Source: Actinomycetes bacterium
GTDB taxonomy: Bacteria > Actinomycetota > Actinomycetes > Actinomycetales > Demequinaceae
DNA length: 57,931 bases
Direction of reading: 5' to 3'
NCBI GenBank assembly: GCA_003242455.2
Contig: QGUM02000001.1
Location: 1-57,931 of the forward strand
Shown here: positions 20,914-30,452 of the stretch, one piece after another
Layout of the letters: each line of letters begins with the position of its first letter
How positions within the stretch are numbered: position 1 is the stretch's first letter
The notes under the pieces: generated by a model
Told to the model about the DNA's origin: nothing
The model's database searches: none
The model's input: only the letters and a program-made list of their open reading frames with translations
Position numbers and translations under genes: made by a program

Positions 20914-21774
20914 ATGAGCACGGCGTCGGAGGAGCTTAACCCTCCGCTCGCGCCTGACATGTGGCGGCTCATCGGCCTCGACATCGACGGCACCCTCATG
21001 CACTGGGGAGGCGACATCTCCCCGGGAGTCGTGAGCGCCATCGAGAAGGTGCGCATGTGCCGCAACCACGTCATCCTCGCGACCGGACGCAACATCATCG
21101 CGACGCTGCCCGTCGCCGAGCGCCTGGGCATCCGCCGCGGCTGGGCCGTGTGCTCGAACGGCGCGGTGACCGTGCGCCTCAACCCGCAGAGCCCGGGCGG
21201 CTACGACGTCGTGGAGAAGGTCACCTTCAATCCGCGCCAGGCGCTCGAGCTCATCCGCCGCGAGATGCCCGACGCGTTCTTCGCCGTCGAGGACCTGGGC
21301 GTGGGCTTCCGCGTGACGCGCGAGTTCCCCATGGGCGAGCTCGTGGGCCGTCAGCGAGTGGTGGACCGCTTCGAGGACCTCTACCACGACGAGGTCACGC
21401 GCGTCGTGATCCGCGCCCCCGGCACCGACGTGAGCAACTTCGACAGCCTCGTGCACCGCATCGGCCTCAACGACGTGACGTACGCCGTCGGCTACTCGGC
21501 CTGGCTCGACCTGACGCCGCCCGGGGTGTCCAAGGCGTCGGCGCTCGAGACGCTGCGTCGCCAGCTGGGCGTCTACCCCGACCACACCGCCGCCGCCGGC
21601 GACGGCAACAACGACATCGAGATGCTCCAGTGGGCGCGCCGCTCCGCGGCGATGGCGGGCGCCCCCGCGAACGTCAAGGCCGTCGCCGACCAGGTGCTCG
21701 GCACCGTCGAGGAGGACGGCATCCTGCCCTTCCTCGAGCAGTTCATCGAGCCGGAGCGCCTCGCCGTCCTGTGA
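20914..21774 (+). CDS. Cof-type HAD hydrolase
   Basis: DIDGT, ATGR, SNGA, GVSKASAL, GDGNNDIEM. Confidence 0.92.
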   Translation: MSTASEELNPPLAPDMWRLIGLDIDGTLMHWGGDISPGVVSAIEKVRMCRNHVILATGRNIIATLPVAERLGIRRGWAVCSNGAVTVRLNPQSPGGYDVVEKVTFNPRQALELIRREMPDAFFAVEDLGVGFRVTREFPMGELVGRQRVVDRFEDLYHDEVTRVVIRAPGTDVSNFDSLVHRIGLNDVTYAVGYSAWLDLTPPGVSKASALETLRRQLGVYPDHTAAAGDGNNDIEMLQWARRSAAMAGAPANVKAVADQVLGTVEEDGILPFLEQFIEPERLAVL

Positions 21775-21822
21775 CGCGCGGATCCCTGGGCAGGGGGCGC
21801 CCGCGGTCCTAGGCTTAGGCGC

Positions 21823-23055
21823 ATGAACTGGCTCACCTCGCCCGCCCATTTCCGCTGGCTCGAGTCCGAGATGGATCGGCTGCTCGCCTTCGGCGCCGCC
21901 AGCAAGGTCGAGTCCGGCGGCTTCGGCTGGCTCGACGAGCGCGGCCGGCTCGACCCGTCCAAGGGCGTCCAGCTGTGGATCACGTGCCGCATGACCCACT
22001 GCTATGCCCTGGCGTCGATGGCGGGCCGACCGCATGCCTTCGCCCTTGCGCAGCACGGCGTCGAGGCGCTGCGCGGCGTCCTCCACGACGACGAGCACGG
22101 CGGCTGGTTCGCCGCCATCGGGCCCCAGGGCGTGGCGAGCACCGCCAAGGAGGCCTACGGCCATGCCTTTGTCATCCTCGCCGCGGCATCGGCGACGGCG
22201 GCCGGGGTGGACGATGCCCGCGAGCTCCTTGAGGACGCCCTCGAGGTCCACACCGAGCGCTTCTGGCAGATGGACTACGGCATGAGCCGCGAGTCCTTCG
22301 CCCGCGACTGGTCCGAGGAGGAGGACTACCGCGGCGTCAACGCCAACATGCACACGGTCGAGGCGTACATCGCCGCCGCGGACGTCCTGTCCGATCGGGA
22401 GCTGCTGCGCCGCGCGCTGCGCATCACGAGCCGCGCGATCAACGTCTTCGCCCGCGACAACGGCTGGCTGCTCCCCGAGCATTTCACGCCGTCGTGGGAG
22501 CCCGACCTCGCCTACAACGAGAAGACTCCGGCCCACCCGTTCCGTCCATATGGCGCGACGATCGGGCACCTCTTCGAGTGGTCGCGACTCGTCGTGGCGC
22601 TCGCCCAGTCGCTGCAGCAGGCGGGCCTGGCCGCGCCCGAGTGGATGGACGAGGCGGCTCGCGCGCTGTACGCCAAGGCCGTGGAGGTCGGGTGGTCCGT
22701 GGACGGCGCTCCTGGCTTCGTCTACACGGTCGACTGGGAGGGCGCCCCCGTGGTCCGCGAGCGGATGCACTGGGTCGCGGCCGAGGCGGTGGGCGCCGCG
22801 GCCGTGCTGTGGCAGCGCACCAGGGCCGAGTCCTACGCCCGCGACTACCAGCGGTGGTGGGACTACATCGGGGAGCATCACCTCGACCTCGCGGGCGGCT
22901 CCTGGTGGCACGAGCTCGGCATCGACAACACGCCCTCGCGGACGGTGTGGGACGGCAAGGCGGACATCTATCACGCCCTCCAGGCGACCCTCATCCCGCG
23001 CCTGCCGATCACGCCGTCCCTTGCGGCCTCCCTCGCCGCGGGCAACCTGCCCTGA
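21823..23055 (+). CDS. AGE-family epimerase/isomerase (YihS/mannose isomerase-like)
   Basis: YGHAFV, NANMHTVEA, FRPYGATIGHLFEWSRL, HWVAAE, WWHEL, GKADIYH. Confidence 0.9.
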   Translation: MNWLTSPAHFRWLESEMDRLLAFGAASKVESGGFGWLDERGRLDPSKGVQLWITCRMTHCYALASMAGRPHAFALAQHGVEALRGVLHDDEHGGWFAAIGPQGVASTAKEAYGHAFVILAAASATAAGVDDARELLEDALEVHTERFWQMDYGMSRESFARDWSEEEDYRGVNANMHTVEAYIAAADVLSDRELLRRALRITSRAINVFARDNGWLLPEHFTPSWEPDLAYNEKTPAHPFRPYGATIGHLFEWSRLVVALAQSLQQAGLAAPEWMDEAARALYAKAVEVGWSVDGAPGFVYTVDWEGAPVVRERMHWVAAEAVGAAAVLWQRTRAESYARDYQRWWDYIGEHHLDLAGGSWWHELGIDNTPSRTVWDGKADIYHALQATLIPRLPITPSLAASLAAGNLP

Positions 23056-23118
23056 GCCGACGCATCGGGCAAGGCGCCCTGAGAGGACGCATCGGGCCGG
23101 AGGCGCACCGCGTCCGGG

Positions 23119-24105
23119 TCAGGGCGTGAGCAGGATCTTGCCGACCACTCCGCCGGCCTCGAGCTCCCGGTGCGCCTGGGCGGCATCGGCCAGGGGCAGG
23201 CGCGCGGCGACGACGGGACGGATCCGCTCGGGCACGAGCGGCCACACCTCGCGGCGCACCCCGGCGACGATCGCCGCGCGCTCGTCGAGGGGCCGGGAGC
23301 GCAGCGTCGTGCCGATGACGCGGGCGCGCTTGGCGAGGAGGGCGCCCAGGTCGAGCTCGCCTCGCGTCCCTCCCTGGAGCCCGATGACGACGAGCCGGCC
23401 GCCCGTCGCGAGGGCGGCGACGTTGCGCTCGAGGTAGGCGGCGCCCATGACGTCGAGCACGACATCCGCCCCTCCGGCCGCACGCATCCCGGCGACCCAG
23501 TCCTCGCTCGTGTAGTCCCACGCCGCGGTCGCTCCCATCTCGCGGCAGCGTGCGACGCGCTCGGGCGAGCCGGCGGTCGCGTACACCTCGAGACCGAGCG
23601 CGGCGGCGAGCTGGATCGCGAAGGACCCGATGCCGCCCGTCCCGCCGTGGACGAGCAGCCGCTCCCCGGGCCGGGCGCTCGCGGCGTCGAGGTTGGACCA
23701 GACGGTGCACGCCGACTCGACGAGCGCCGCGGCGTCCACGACGTCCACCCCGGAAGGTGCGGGCAGCACCAGGCGGCGGTCCACTGCGGCCATCTCCGCG
23801 TAGCCCCCGCCCGGCAGGAGGGCGCAGACCTCGTCTCCGACGCCCCATTCCGTCACGGACTCTCCGGCGGCCTCCACGACGCCCGCGACCTCGAGCCCCG
23901 GCCACGACGGCGCGCCGGGAGGAGGAGGGTAGTGGCCGCGGCGCTGCAGGAGATCGGCCCTGTTCACTCCCGCAGCGAGGACGCGGACGAGCACCTCGTC
24001 GGGGCCCGGACGCGGCACGGGACGCTCGCGGACGACGAGGGTCTCGGGGCCTCCCGGGGCCGCGACGTCCACGACCCGCATGCTCAAACCGGGCTTTCCC
24101 GTCAT
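23119..24105 (-). CDS. NAD(P)H-quinone oxidoreductase (PIG3/zeta-crystallin family)
   Basis: AAGVNRADLLQRRGHYPPP, GLEVAG, HGGTGGIG, GKILL; start 24105 fits TAACGT -10 (24081 is an alternative). Confidence 0.9.
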   Translation of the reverse strand: MTGKPGLSMRVVDVAAPGGPETLVVRERPVPRPGPDEVLVRVLAAGVNRADLLQRRGHYPPPPGAPSWPGLEVAGVVEAAGESVTEWGVGDEVCALLPGGGYAEMAAVDRRLVLPAPSGVDVVDAAALVESACTVWSNLDAASARPGERLLVHGGTGGIGSFAIQLAAALGLEVYATAGSPERVARCREMGATAAWDYTSEDWVAGMRAAGGADVVLDVMGAAYLERNVAALATGGRLVVIGLQGGTRGELDLGALLAKRARVIGTTLRSRPLDERAAIVAGVRREVWPLVPERIRPVVAARLPLADAAQAHRELEAGGVVGKILLTP

Positions 24106-24252
24106 AGACCGCACGTTATAACGTCTCAGGACACAGGTAGTTCGGTTCGCTCATGCAATGAGGCACACCAGCCGATAGGTAGGGGGAGTGGAGTGCAGCA
24201 ACACCGAGGCTGACGATGTTGACGCCCATGGAGGGCACCGAGGGAGAGTCAC

Positions 24253-27200
24253 ATGCTCCAGAGGCTGAGTATCCGCGGGAAGATCCTCGCGGTCGTAGCC
24301 GTGCCTATCCTCGTCCTGATCTTCGGCGCGGGCTTCGTCGTGTGGAACTCCGTCAACGACGTGTCCCGTTCGCAGAACGCCGTGTCCCTCATGCTCGTCG
24401 TCGAGCGCGGCCAGGACTACACGGCCGCGTTCCGCGCTGAGGCCGATGCGGCCACCAACTACGTCGACGCGTGGACGGAGGGCCGGGACCAGCTCGCCAA
24501 CCGCGTGGAGAGCCTCAACACCGCGCTCGCCAGCCTCGAGGCGCTCGCGGAGTCCGACGGCGCCGCCGCGGCCGCCCTGGAGCAGGTGAACGCGATCCTC
24601 GCCGGCGGCCAGCCCATCGTGTACGTGCGCCCCGGCACGGACAGCTCCGTCGACTCCACAGCGATGTCGCTCGAGCAGATGCGCTCGGTGCGCCCCGCGG
24701 CGAACCCCGAGACCGGCATCCTCGACTGGCCGAGCGAGGAGGACGTCGCGCGCGTGTCGTCGTCCTACACGGCCCTCGCGAACGCGCTCACCGCGTACAT
24801 CGACACGCTTCCCGCAGGCGAGAGCGTCCAGCTCGCCGTGCAGGACGTGCACACGTACACGGTGCAGGAGGGCAACCGCGCCACGATCTGGCTGACAGAG
24901 ACGCCCGTGTTCCAGGCGGAGTTCCTCGCCGCCCAGCCCGCCGTCGACACGGCGTGGGCGACCATGAACGCGGCCATCAACGATCTGCCGCCCATCGAGA
25001 ACAACGCCACCGTCGTCGCGATCCTGCGCGAGGTGCAGCGCACCATGAACCTGCTGCCCGAGCGTCGCACGGACATCCTGTCGCGTTCGGTGGGCCCGAA
25101 CCCGACCCTGACCTACTACCACGGCGCCCTGGGCAACACGACCCGCGCGATCGAGGAGATCGCGCTCGTCGTGGACGACTCCGTCCTGTCCCGTCGCCTG
25201 GAGGCCTACGTCGCGACCGAGGCGCTCATCAATGAGATGGCGCGCGAGGACACGTCGGTCGACATGATCCTGCGCGCCGGCCGGTTCGCTCAGGGAACCG
25301 CGACGGCCATCCGCACGCAGTTCGCTCGCACGGACTTCATGCGCGAGCAGGCGCGCGCTGCGCTCGCGAACCTCAACATGGGCTTCAACCTGCCCAACAC
25401 GGGCGCGTCGTTCGACTCCGGCTCGCAGGCCGCGTATGAGTCGGTCCGCAACCGTGTGTCCGACTCCACCGGCCTGCAGCTGGCCACCGCGGCCCGTCAG
25501 GACTGGCCCACGCAGGTGCGTGAGGAGCTGTCGGTCCTGTACCCGTTCGCGGACGACACGCTCGAGCTGTCCAAGGCCCAGGCGAACCAGACCTTGCGCG
25601 ACGCGATCGTGCGAGCCATCGTCACGGTCGTCGCGTCGATCGTCATCGTCGCGGCGTCGCTCATCCTGGCGCTCCTGATCGCCCGCCGGATCGTGAACCC
25701 GCTGCGCCGCCTGACCACGACGGCTACCGCCGTGCGCCAGGAGCTGCCGCGCCTCGTGGAGCGCGTCGCGCTGCCTGGTGAGAAGGTCGACGTCTCCGAG
25801 GTGCAGATCCCCGTGGAGTCGCAGGACGAGGTCGGCCGTCTGGCGGAGGCGTTCAACTCCGTCAACGCGGCGACGCTCGCCATCGCGTCGGAGCAGGCCG
25901 CCCTGCGTGGGTCCATCTCCGAGATGTTCGTCAACGTCGCGCGGCGCGACCAGGTCCTCCTCAACCGCCAGCTCGCCTCGATCGATGAGATGGAGCGCAC
26001 CGAGGACGACCCGGAGACGCTGACCAAGCTCTTCGCCCTGGACCACCTGGCGACGCGAATGCGCCGCAACTCGGAGTCTCTCCTCGTTCTCGCGGGCATC
26101 GACACCGGTCGTCGCCTGCGTCGCCCCATGCCGCTGTCCGACGTGATCCGCACCGCGTCGTCCGAGATCGAGCTGTACGAGCGTGTCCAGCTGGAGCTCG
26201 ACGCCGACCCGCCCATGGTCGGCCACTCCGCCCTCACCGCCGCGCACCTGTTCGCGGAGCTGCTGGAGAACGCGACCGTCTTCTCCGACCCGGGCACGCC
26301 CGTCATCGTGCGCACGGCCCAGGAGGGCACGAACTACGTCGTGCGCATCTCCGACTCCGGCATCGGCATGACTCCCGAGGAGCTCGCGGAGGCGAACTCC
26401 CGCATCGCGTCCTCGGCCGCGTCCGAGATTCTGGGCGCCCAGCGCCTGGGCCTGTTCGTGGTCGGCCGCATCGCGCGGCGCATCGGCGCCCGCGTGGAGA
26501 TCACGTCGCAGGAGGGCGAGGGCACCGTCGCGACCGTGTACCTGCCGCCGTCGCTGTTCGACCTCAGCGCCAGCACGGACTACTCGCCCGCGACCGCGGC
26601 GGACGAGTCCGGCGCGTCCAGGCCGCTCACCAAGCCCGACATCAAGGACGAGGTGCTCGAGACCTCGTCCGCCGTGGCCTCCGCGACAGAGCGCGCTGGC
26701 GTCGCGAACCTCCAGGCGTACCAGCCTGCGGTCATCGTCGACGGGCCAAGCCTGACCGGTCGCAACGCCGACAGCCCGAGCACGGAGGACCTTGTCGCCG
26801 CCGACGCCGCCCAGGCGCCCGAGGCGCAGCCCGTCGACCTCGAGGCGCTCACCGAGGGCGTGACGCCGGCGGGCCTTCCCACCCGCCGTCGCGGTTCGAA
26901 GGCCAAGGGCAAGGAGGCCAAGAGCGAGACCGACTCGATCATCGGCCTTCCCGCGCAGGCGACGGACGCTCAGCTCAGTGCCCTCGAGGCGTCCGCGGGC
27001 AGCGGCTTCACGCCGGTCGTCGCCGCGAGCGAGGTCTCGCCGCAGACGGCCGAGCAGCGCGCGGCGATGTTCCGCGGCTTCCGTTCGCGTCGTGAGGACG
27101 CCGCCGCTGCCGCCCCGCTGCCGCCCGATGCCGAGTCGCTCGGCCAGGCCGTGCGCCGTGGCGCCGCGGTGCTGCCGCAGGATGTCGAGGGTGCGGCCGC

Positions 27201-28662
27201 CGCGGCAGCCGTCGCCTTCGACGACGACATCGACGGCGACACCGTCCCCACCGGGGCGTTCGCGCCGGCCGTTGCAGAGCCCGAGCCCGCAGCGGCGCCC
27301 GCGCCTGCCGGCCAGGACCCCCTCATCCGCCACGGATACGAGCACGACGACTACGGCGACACGGTCCCCGTGGCCACGTCTGCGGCGCCGTTCGCGATCC
27401 CGGCCTTCGAGGAGGACGAGGAGCCCTACACGCCGCCGATCGTGGCGACCACGCCCCTCGTCCAGGACGACGCGCCCCAGTTCGCCGAGGAGCTGCTCGC
27501 GGCCGCGCCCGCCGTGCCCGTCGAAGGCGCGGTCGAGGCTCCCGTGCAGCAGCACGCCCCGGCGGCGGGCTTCGAGGCCGCACCGGCCGTCGAGCAGGGC
27601 TTCGCGCCGGCCGAGCAGAGCCTTCCCGCTGAGCAGGGCGTCGGGCCCGTGGAGCGCGCCAGCGCGTTCCCGTCGCCTGTCGCCGCGCCCCAGACGGGAG
27701 GCATCCCGGCCCAGACGGGCGGCTTCCCCGCCGTGCAGCCGGGCGCGGACGCCGGCATCGTGTCGACGCCGAGCCTCGACGAGCTCATCCGCGGCGGTCA
27801 GGAGCCCAAGAGCGGCGGCTTCTTCTCCAAGCTGTTCCGCAAGAGGGGCGGCGCCAAGGACGAGCCGAGCCCGGCCACCGCGCTCCTGTCGTCGATCCCG
27901 CAGGGTCCCGGCACAGGCGGCGTGCCCGTCGTGCCCGGCGCCGTGCCGACCCCCGGCAGCGGCATCCCGGTTCCCACGCCCGGCAGCGGCATCGCCGTCC
28001 CGACGCCGGGAGCCGGCTTCCCCGTGCCTGCGGCTGATGCGTCGGCGCCCAGCTCGGACACCGTCCCGGTCTTCGTGCCGTCGGCCGACGGCACGGAGCT
28101 CGACCAGTACGAGCCGAGCGGTGACTACCGCGGCCCGCGCGACGCATGGAACTCCGAGGTGCCCGCCGAGGCGCCCGCGCTCACGCCTGCCGCGGCCGCC
28201 GAGCCGTACAACCCCGGCGCCCTGGGCGGCACTCCGCCGCTGTACACCCGTGACGACCTGGCGCGCCCCGTCGGCTGGGAGACTGCCGGCGAGAGCGCCC
28301 TCGCCGCCGCAGCGCCCGAGGTGGTCGGCACGTACACCCCGGCGGTGGTCCAGCTCGACCCGGAGCCGGCGGCCTACGACGACGACGCCGACCTCGCGAG
28401 CGCCGTCTTCAACGAGTTCAGCTCGCTCACGTCCGAGCGGCCCAAGGTGGAGAAGACTCGCGCCGGCCTCACCAAGCGTCAGCGCCAGGAGGTCGCGCCG
28501 CCGCCGGAGCCGATCGAGGAGGAGCTCGCCATCGCGCACGTCGAGCGGGACCCGGAGGAGATCCGCGCTCGCTTCTCGAACTTCTACTCGGGAACGCAGC
28601 GGGCGCGCCACGATGTGGAGGCATTTGAGCAGCAGACCTCGGCTTTTGAGGCCCAGTCATGA
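24253..28662 (+). CDS. cvnA: Conservon membrane sensor kinase-like protein (TM-ectodomain-TM-HAMP-HATPase-long tail)
   Basis: HAMP DEVGRLAEAFN, LFALDHLATRMRRNSESL, ELLENATVFS, DSGIGM, LGLFVVGRIA, C-terminal RDPEEIRARFSNF. Confidence 0.9.
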   Translation: MLQRLSIRGKILAVVAVPILVLIFGAGFVVWNSVNDVSRSQNAVSLMLVVERGQDYTAAFRAEADAATNYVDAWTEGRDQLANRVESLNTALASLEALAESDGAAAAALEQVNAILAGGQPIVYVRPGTDSSVDSTAMSLEQMRSVRPAANPETGILDWPSEEDVARVSSSYTALANALTAYIDTLPAGESVQLAVQDVHTYTVQEGNRATIWLTETPVFQAEFLAAQPAVDTAWATMNAAINDLPPIENNATVVAILREVQRTMNLLPERRTDILSRSVGPNPTLTYYHGALGNTTRAIEEIALVVDDSVLSRRLEAYVATEALINEMAREDTSVDMILRAGRFAQGTATAIRTQFARTDFMREQARAALANLNMGFNLPNTGASFDSGSQAAYESVRNRVSDSTGLQLATAARQDWPTQVREELSVLYPFADDTLELSKAQANQTLRDAIVRAIVTVVASIVIVAASLILALLIARRIVNPLRRLTTTATAVRQELPRLVERVALPGEKVDVSEVQIPVESQDEVGRLAEAFNSVNAATLAIASEQAALRGSISEMFVNVARRDQVLLNRQLASIDEMERTEDDPETLTKLFALDHLATRMRRNSESLLVLAGIDTGRRLRRPMPLSDVIRTASSEIELYERVQLELDADPPMVGHSALTAAHLFAELLENATVFSDPGTPVIVRTAQEGTNYVVRISDSGIGMTPEELAEANSRIASSAASEILGAQRLGLFVVGRIARRIGARVEITSQEGEGTVATVYLPPSLFDLSASTDYSPATAADESGASRPLTKPDIKDEVLETSSAVASATERAGVANLQAYQPAVIVDGPSLTGRNADSPSTEDLVAADAAQAPEAQPVDLEALTEGVTPAGLPTRRRGSKAKGKEAKSETDSIIGLPAQATDAQLSALEASAGSGFTPVVAASEVSPQTAEQRAAMFRGFRSRREDAAAAAPLPPDAESLGQAVRRGAAVLPQDVEGAAAAAAVAFDDDIDGDTVPTGAFAPAVAEPEPAAAPAPAGQDPLIRHGYEHDDYGDTVPVATSAAPFAIPAFEEDEEPYTPPIVATTPLVQDDAPQFAEELLAAAPAVPVEGAVEAPVQQHAPAAGFEAAPAVEQGFAPAEQSLPAEQGVGPVERASAFPSPVAAPQTGGIPAQTGGFPAVQPGADAGIVSTPSLDELIRGGQEPKSGGFFSKLFRKRGGAKDEPSPATALLSSIPQGPGTGGVPVVPGAVPTPGSGIPVPTPGSGIAVPTPGAGFPVPAADASAPSSDTVPVFVPSADGTELDQYEPSGDYRGPRDAWNSEVPAEAPALTPAAAAEPYNPGALGGTPPLYTRDDLARPVGWETAGESALAAAAPEVVGTYTPAVVQLDPEPAAYDDDADLASAVFNEFSSLTSERPKVEKTRAGLTKRQRQEVAPPPEPIEEELAIAHVERDPEEIRARFSNFYSGTQRARHDVEAFEQQTSAFEAQS
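27946..28026 (+). repeat. 3 x 27-nt coding tandem repeat
   Basis: Encodes PTPGSGIPV / PTPGSGIAV / PTPGAGFPV. Confidence 0.8.
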
Positions 28663-28705
28663 TGAACTTGCCCCAAGCAGGGGATGAAGAGAACAAGGAG
28701 GAGCA

Positions 28706-29143
28706 GTGACCGCGCTCAGTCAAGAAGCCACCAACTTCGGATGGCTGCTGGACAACTTCGTCCAGACGGTGCCGGGCACGCGCCACACGCTTGTCGTCAG
28801 TGCCGACGGCCTGCTCATGGCGATGTCCAAGAACCTCGACCGCACCGGTGGTGACACCCTTGCCGCGGTCGTGTCCGGCATGGCGTCTCTCACGCGAGGC
28901 GCCGCCCGTCAGCTCAAGGCCGGAGAGGTCCGTCAGTCCATCATCGAGATGGACGAGCTCTTCCTCTTCCTCATGAGCATCAACAACGGCGCGGTCCTCG
29001 CCGTCGCCGCCGACTCGACCTGCGACGTGGGTCTGGTCGGATACGAGATGACGCTGCTCGTGTCGCGCACGGAGAACGCGCTCACGCCGCAGCTGATCTC
29101 GGAGATGCGCGCCAATCTCCCGACCGACGGCGCCACGCGCTGA
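28706..29143 (+). CDS. cvnB: Roadblock/LC7 (MglB-like) conservon protein
   Basis: FGWLLDNFV, VVSADGLLMA, DVGLVGYEM. Confidence 0.93.
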   Translation: MTALSQEATNFGWLLDNFVQTVPGTRHTLVVSADGLLMAMSKNLDRTGGDTLAAVVSGMASLTRGAARQLKAGEVRQSIIEMDELFLFLMSINNGAVLAVAADSTCDVGLVGYEMTLLVSRTENALTPQLISEMRANLPTDGATR

Positions 29144-29163
29144 CGACGAAGGAAGCTGAGGAG

Positions 29164-29562
29164 ATGACGGAGCTGGTCCACCGCAACGCCGCGGATGACG
29201 ACGACGCCTACACGGTGCGGCCGTACGCCGTGACCGGCGGGCGCGTCAAGGGCGCGAGCTCCCTGCCGATGGAGGCGCTGGTCGAGACGACCTCCGACCC
29301 TGCATCAGTCAAGGGCCTCACGCCCGAGAAGAAGACGATCCTGCAGCTCGCTGCAGGTCAATACCAGTCTGTGGCCGAGCTCTCGGCTCACACCCGCCTT
29401 CCGCTGGGTGTGGTCCGGGTGCTGGTGACGGACCTGGCAGAACAGCACCACCTGATCATTCACACCGCCGGAACCGCCGACGATGCCGCGACTCACGACG
29501 AGCGCGGCGGACTGTCGCTGAGCCTTTTGGAGAGTGTCCTCGATGGCATCGCAGCCCTCTGA
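29164..29562 (+). CDS. cvnC: DUF742 conservon protein
   Basis: VRPYAVTGGR, SVAELSAHTRLPLGVVRVLVTDL, LLESVLDGI. Confidence 0.92.
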   Translation: MTELVHRNAADDDDAYTVRPYAVTGGRVKGASSLPMEALVETTSDPASVKGLTPEKKTILQLAAGQYQSVAELSAHTRLPLGVVRVLVTDLAEQHHLIIHTAGTADDAATHDERGGLSLSLLESVLDGIAAL

Positions 29563-30145
29563 CGCCTCGGTCACGACGACCGAGACCCACGTCGCTCCCA
29601 CCGTTGTCAAGATCGTGATCGCGGGCGGGTTCGCCGTGGGCAAGACCACGTTCATCGGATCGATCTCCGACATCGACCCGCTCAACACCGAAGCCGCCAT
29701 GACCGAGCACTCGGTCGGCGTCGACGATGCCGGCGGTGTCACCGATCGCAAGACGACCACGACCGTCGCCATGGACTTCGGCCGCATCGCGCTGCCGGGC
29801 TCGCTGTGGCTGTACCTGTTCGGCACTCCCGGACAGGACCGCTTCCTGTTCATGTGGGACGACCTCGTCCGCGGTGCCATCGGCGCCGTGGTGCTCGTCG
29901 ACACGGAGCGCCTGGACCAGTGCTTCCCCGCCGTCGACTACTTCGAGGGCAAGGGCATCCCGTTCGTCGTGTGCGTCAACTGCTTCGACGGCGTCGCCCG
30001 ACACCAGCTCGAGGACGTCCGTGAGGCCCTGGGCATCGCCCCCGACGTGCCGCTCATGTACACGGACGCGCGCGAGAAGGCCGCTACCAAGCAGGCCCTC
30101 ATCGCCGTCGTCCAGCTGGCCATGAAGAGGCTCAAGGAGTCCTGA
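29543..30145 (+). CDS. cvnD: Small Ras/MglA-like GTPase, conservon ATP/GTP-binding protein
   Basis: GGFAVGKTT, TTTVAMDFG, GTPGQDRF, NCFD, DAR. Confidence 0.94.
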   Translation: MASQPSDASVTTTETHVAPTVVKIVIAGGFAVGKTTFIGSISDIDPLNTEAAMTEHSVGVDDAGGVTDRKTTTTVAMDFGRIALPGSLWLYLFGTPGQDRFLFMWDDLVRGAIGAVVLVDTERLDQCFPAVDYFEGKGIPFVVCVNCFDGVARHQLEDVREALGIAPDVPLMYTDAREKAATKQALIAVVQLAMKRLKES

Positions 30146-30161
30146 CCGACTCCTGAGCCTG

Positions 30162-30206
30162 AGGCGGCGGCACGGCCCGAGCTGCGACGGGTCTGTGCCG
30201 CCGCCT
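30162..30206 (+). terminator. Intrinsic terminator after conservon
   Basis: AGGCGGCGGCAC...GTGCCGCCGCCT stem followed by TCGTCTT. Confidence 0.65.
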
Positions 30207-30376
30207 TCGTCTTCCCCCGGTGAGGTGCGAGAGGGCGGCGCCTGCTCGCGTCCTCTCGCGCCGCGCGCTCGCCGCGGTCCGCGGGCCTGATCGCACCGCG
30301 GCCCGCGCGCCTTCGGCGCTCCTTCCGCGCAGCGGCTTGCGCCCTGGGCCGTCTGCGTGTACCCTCTCCAGCCAGA

Positions 30377-30392
30377 CGACTGTATACAGTCG
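30377..30392. promoter_or_regulatory. Perfect 16-bp palindrome, putative GntR/FadR operator of the catabolic operon
   Basis: CGACTGTATACAGTCG; overlaps the -35 zone of TAGATT (30403-30408). Confidence 0.75.
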
Positions 30393-30452
30393 ATGACGAC
30401 AGTAGATTGCGGGCGCAATGCGGCGCTCGCCGAGGCTTCAAGGGAGAGGCGG

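Noticed and set aside
17145-28611. Very long antisense or alternate-frame ORFs (e.g. 17145..20738 -, 24151..28611 -, 20782..22974 -)
   Set aside because: Shadow ORFs expected in GC-rich DNA; Arg/Gly/Ala-rich, no motifs, and they overlap well-supported genes
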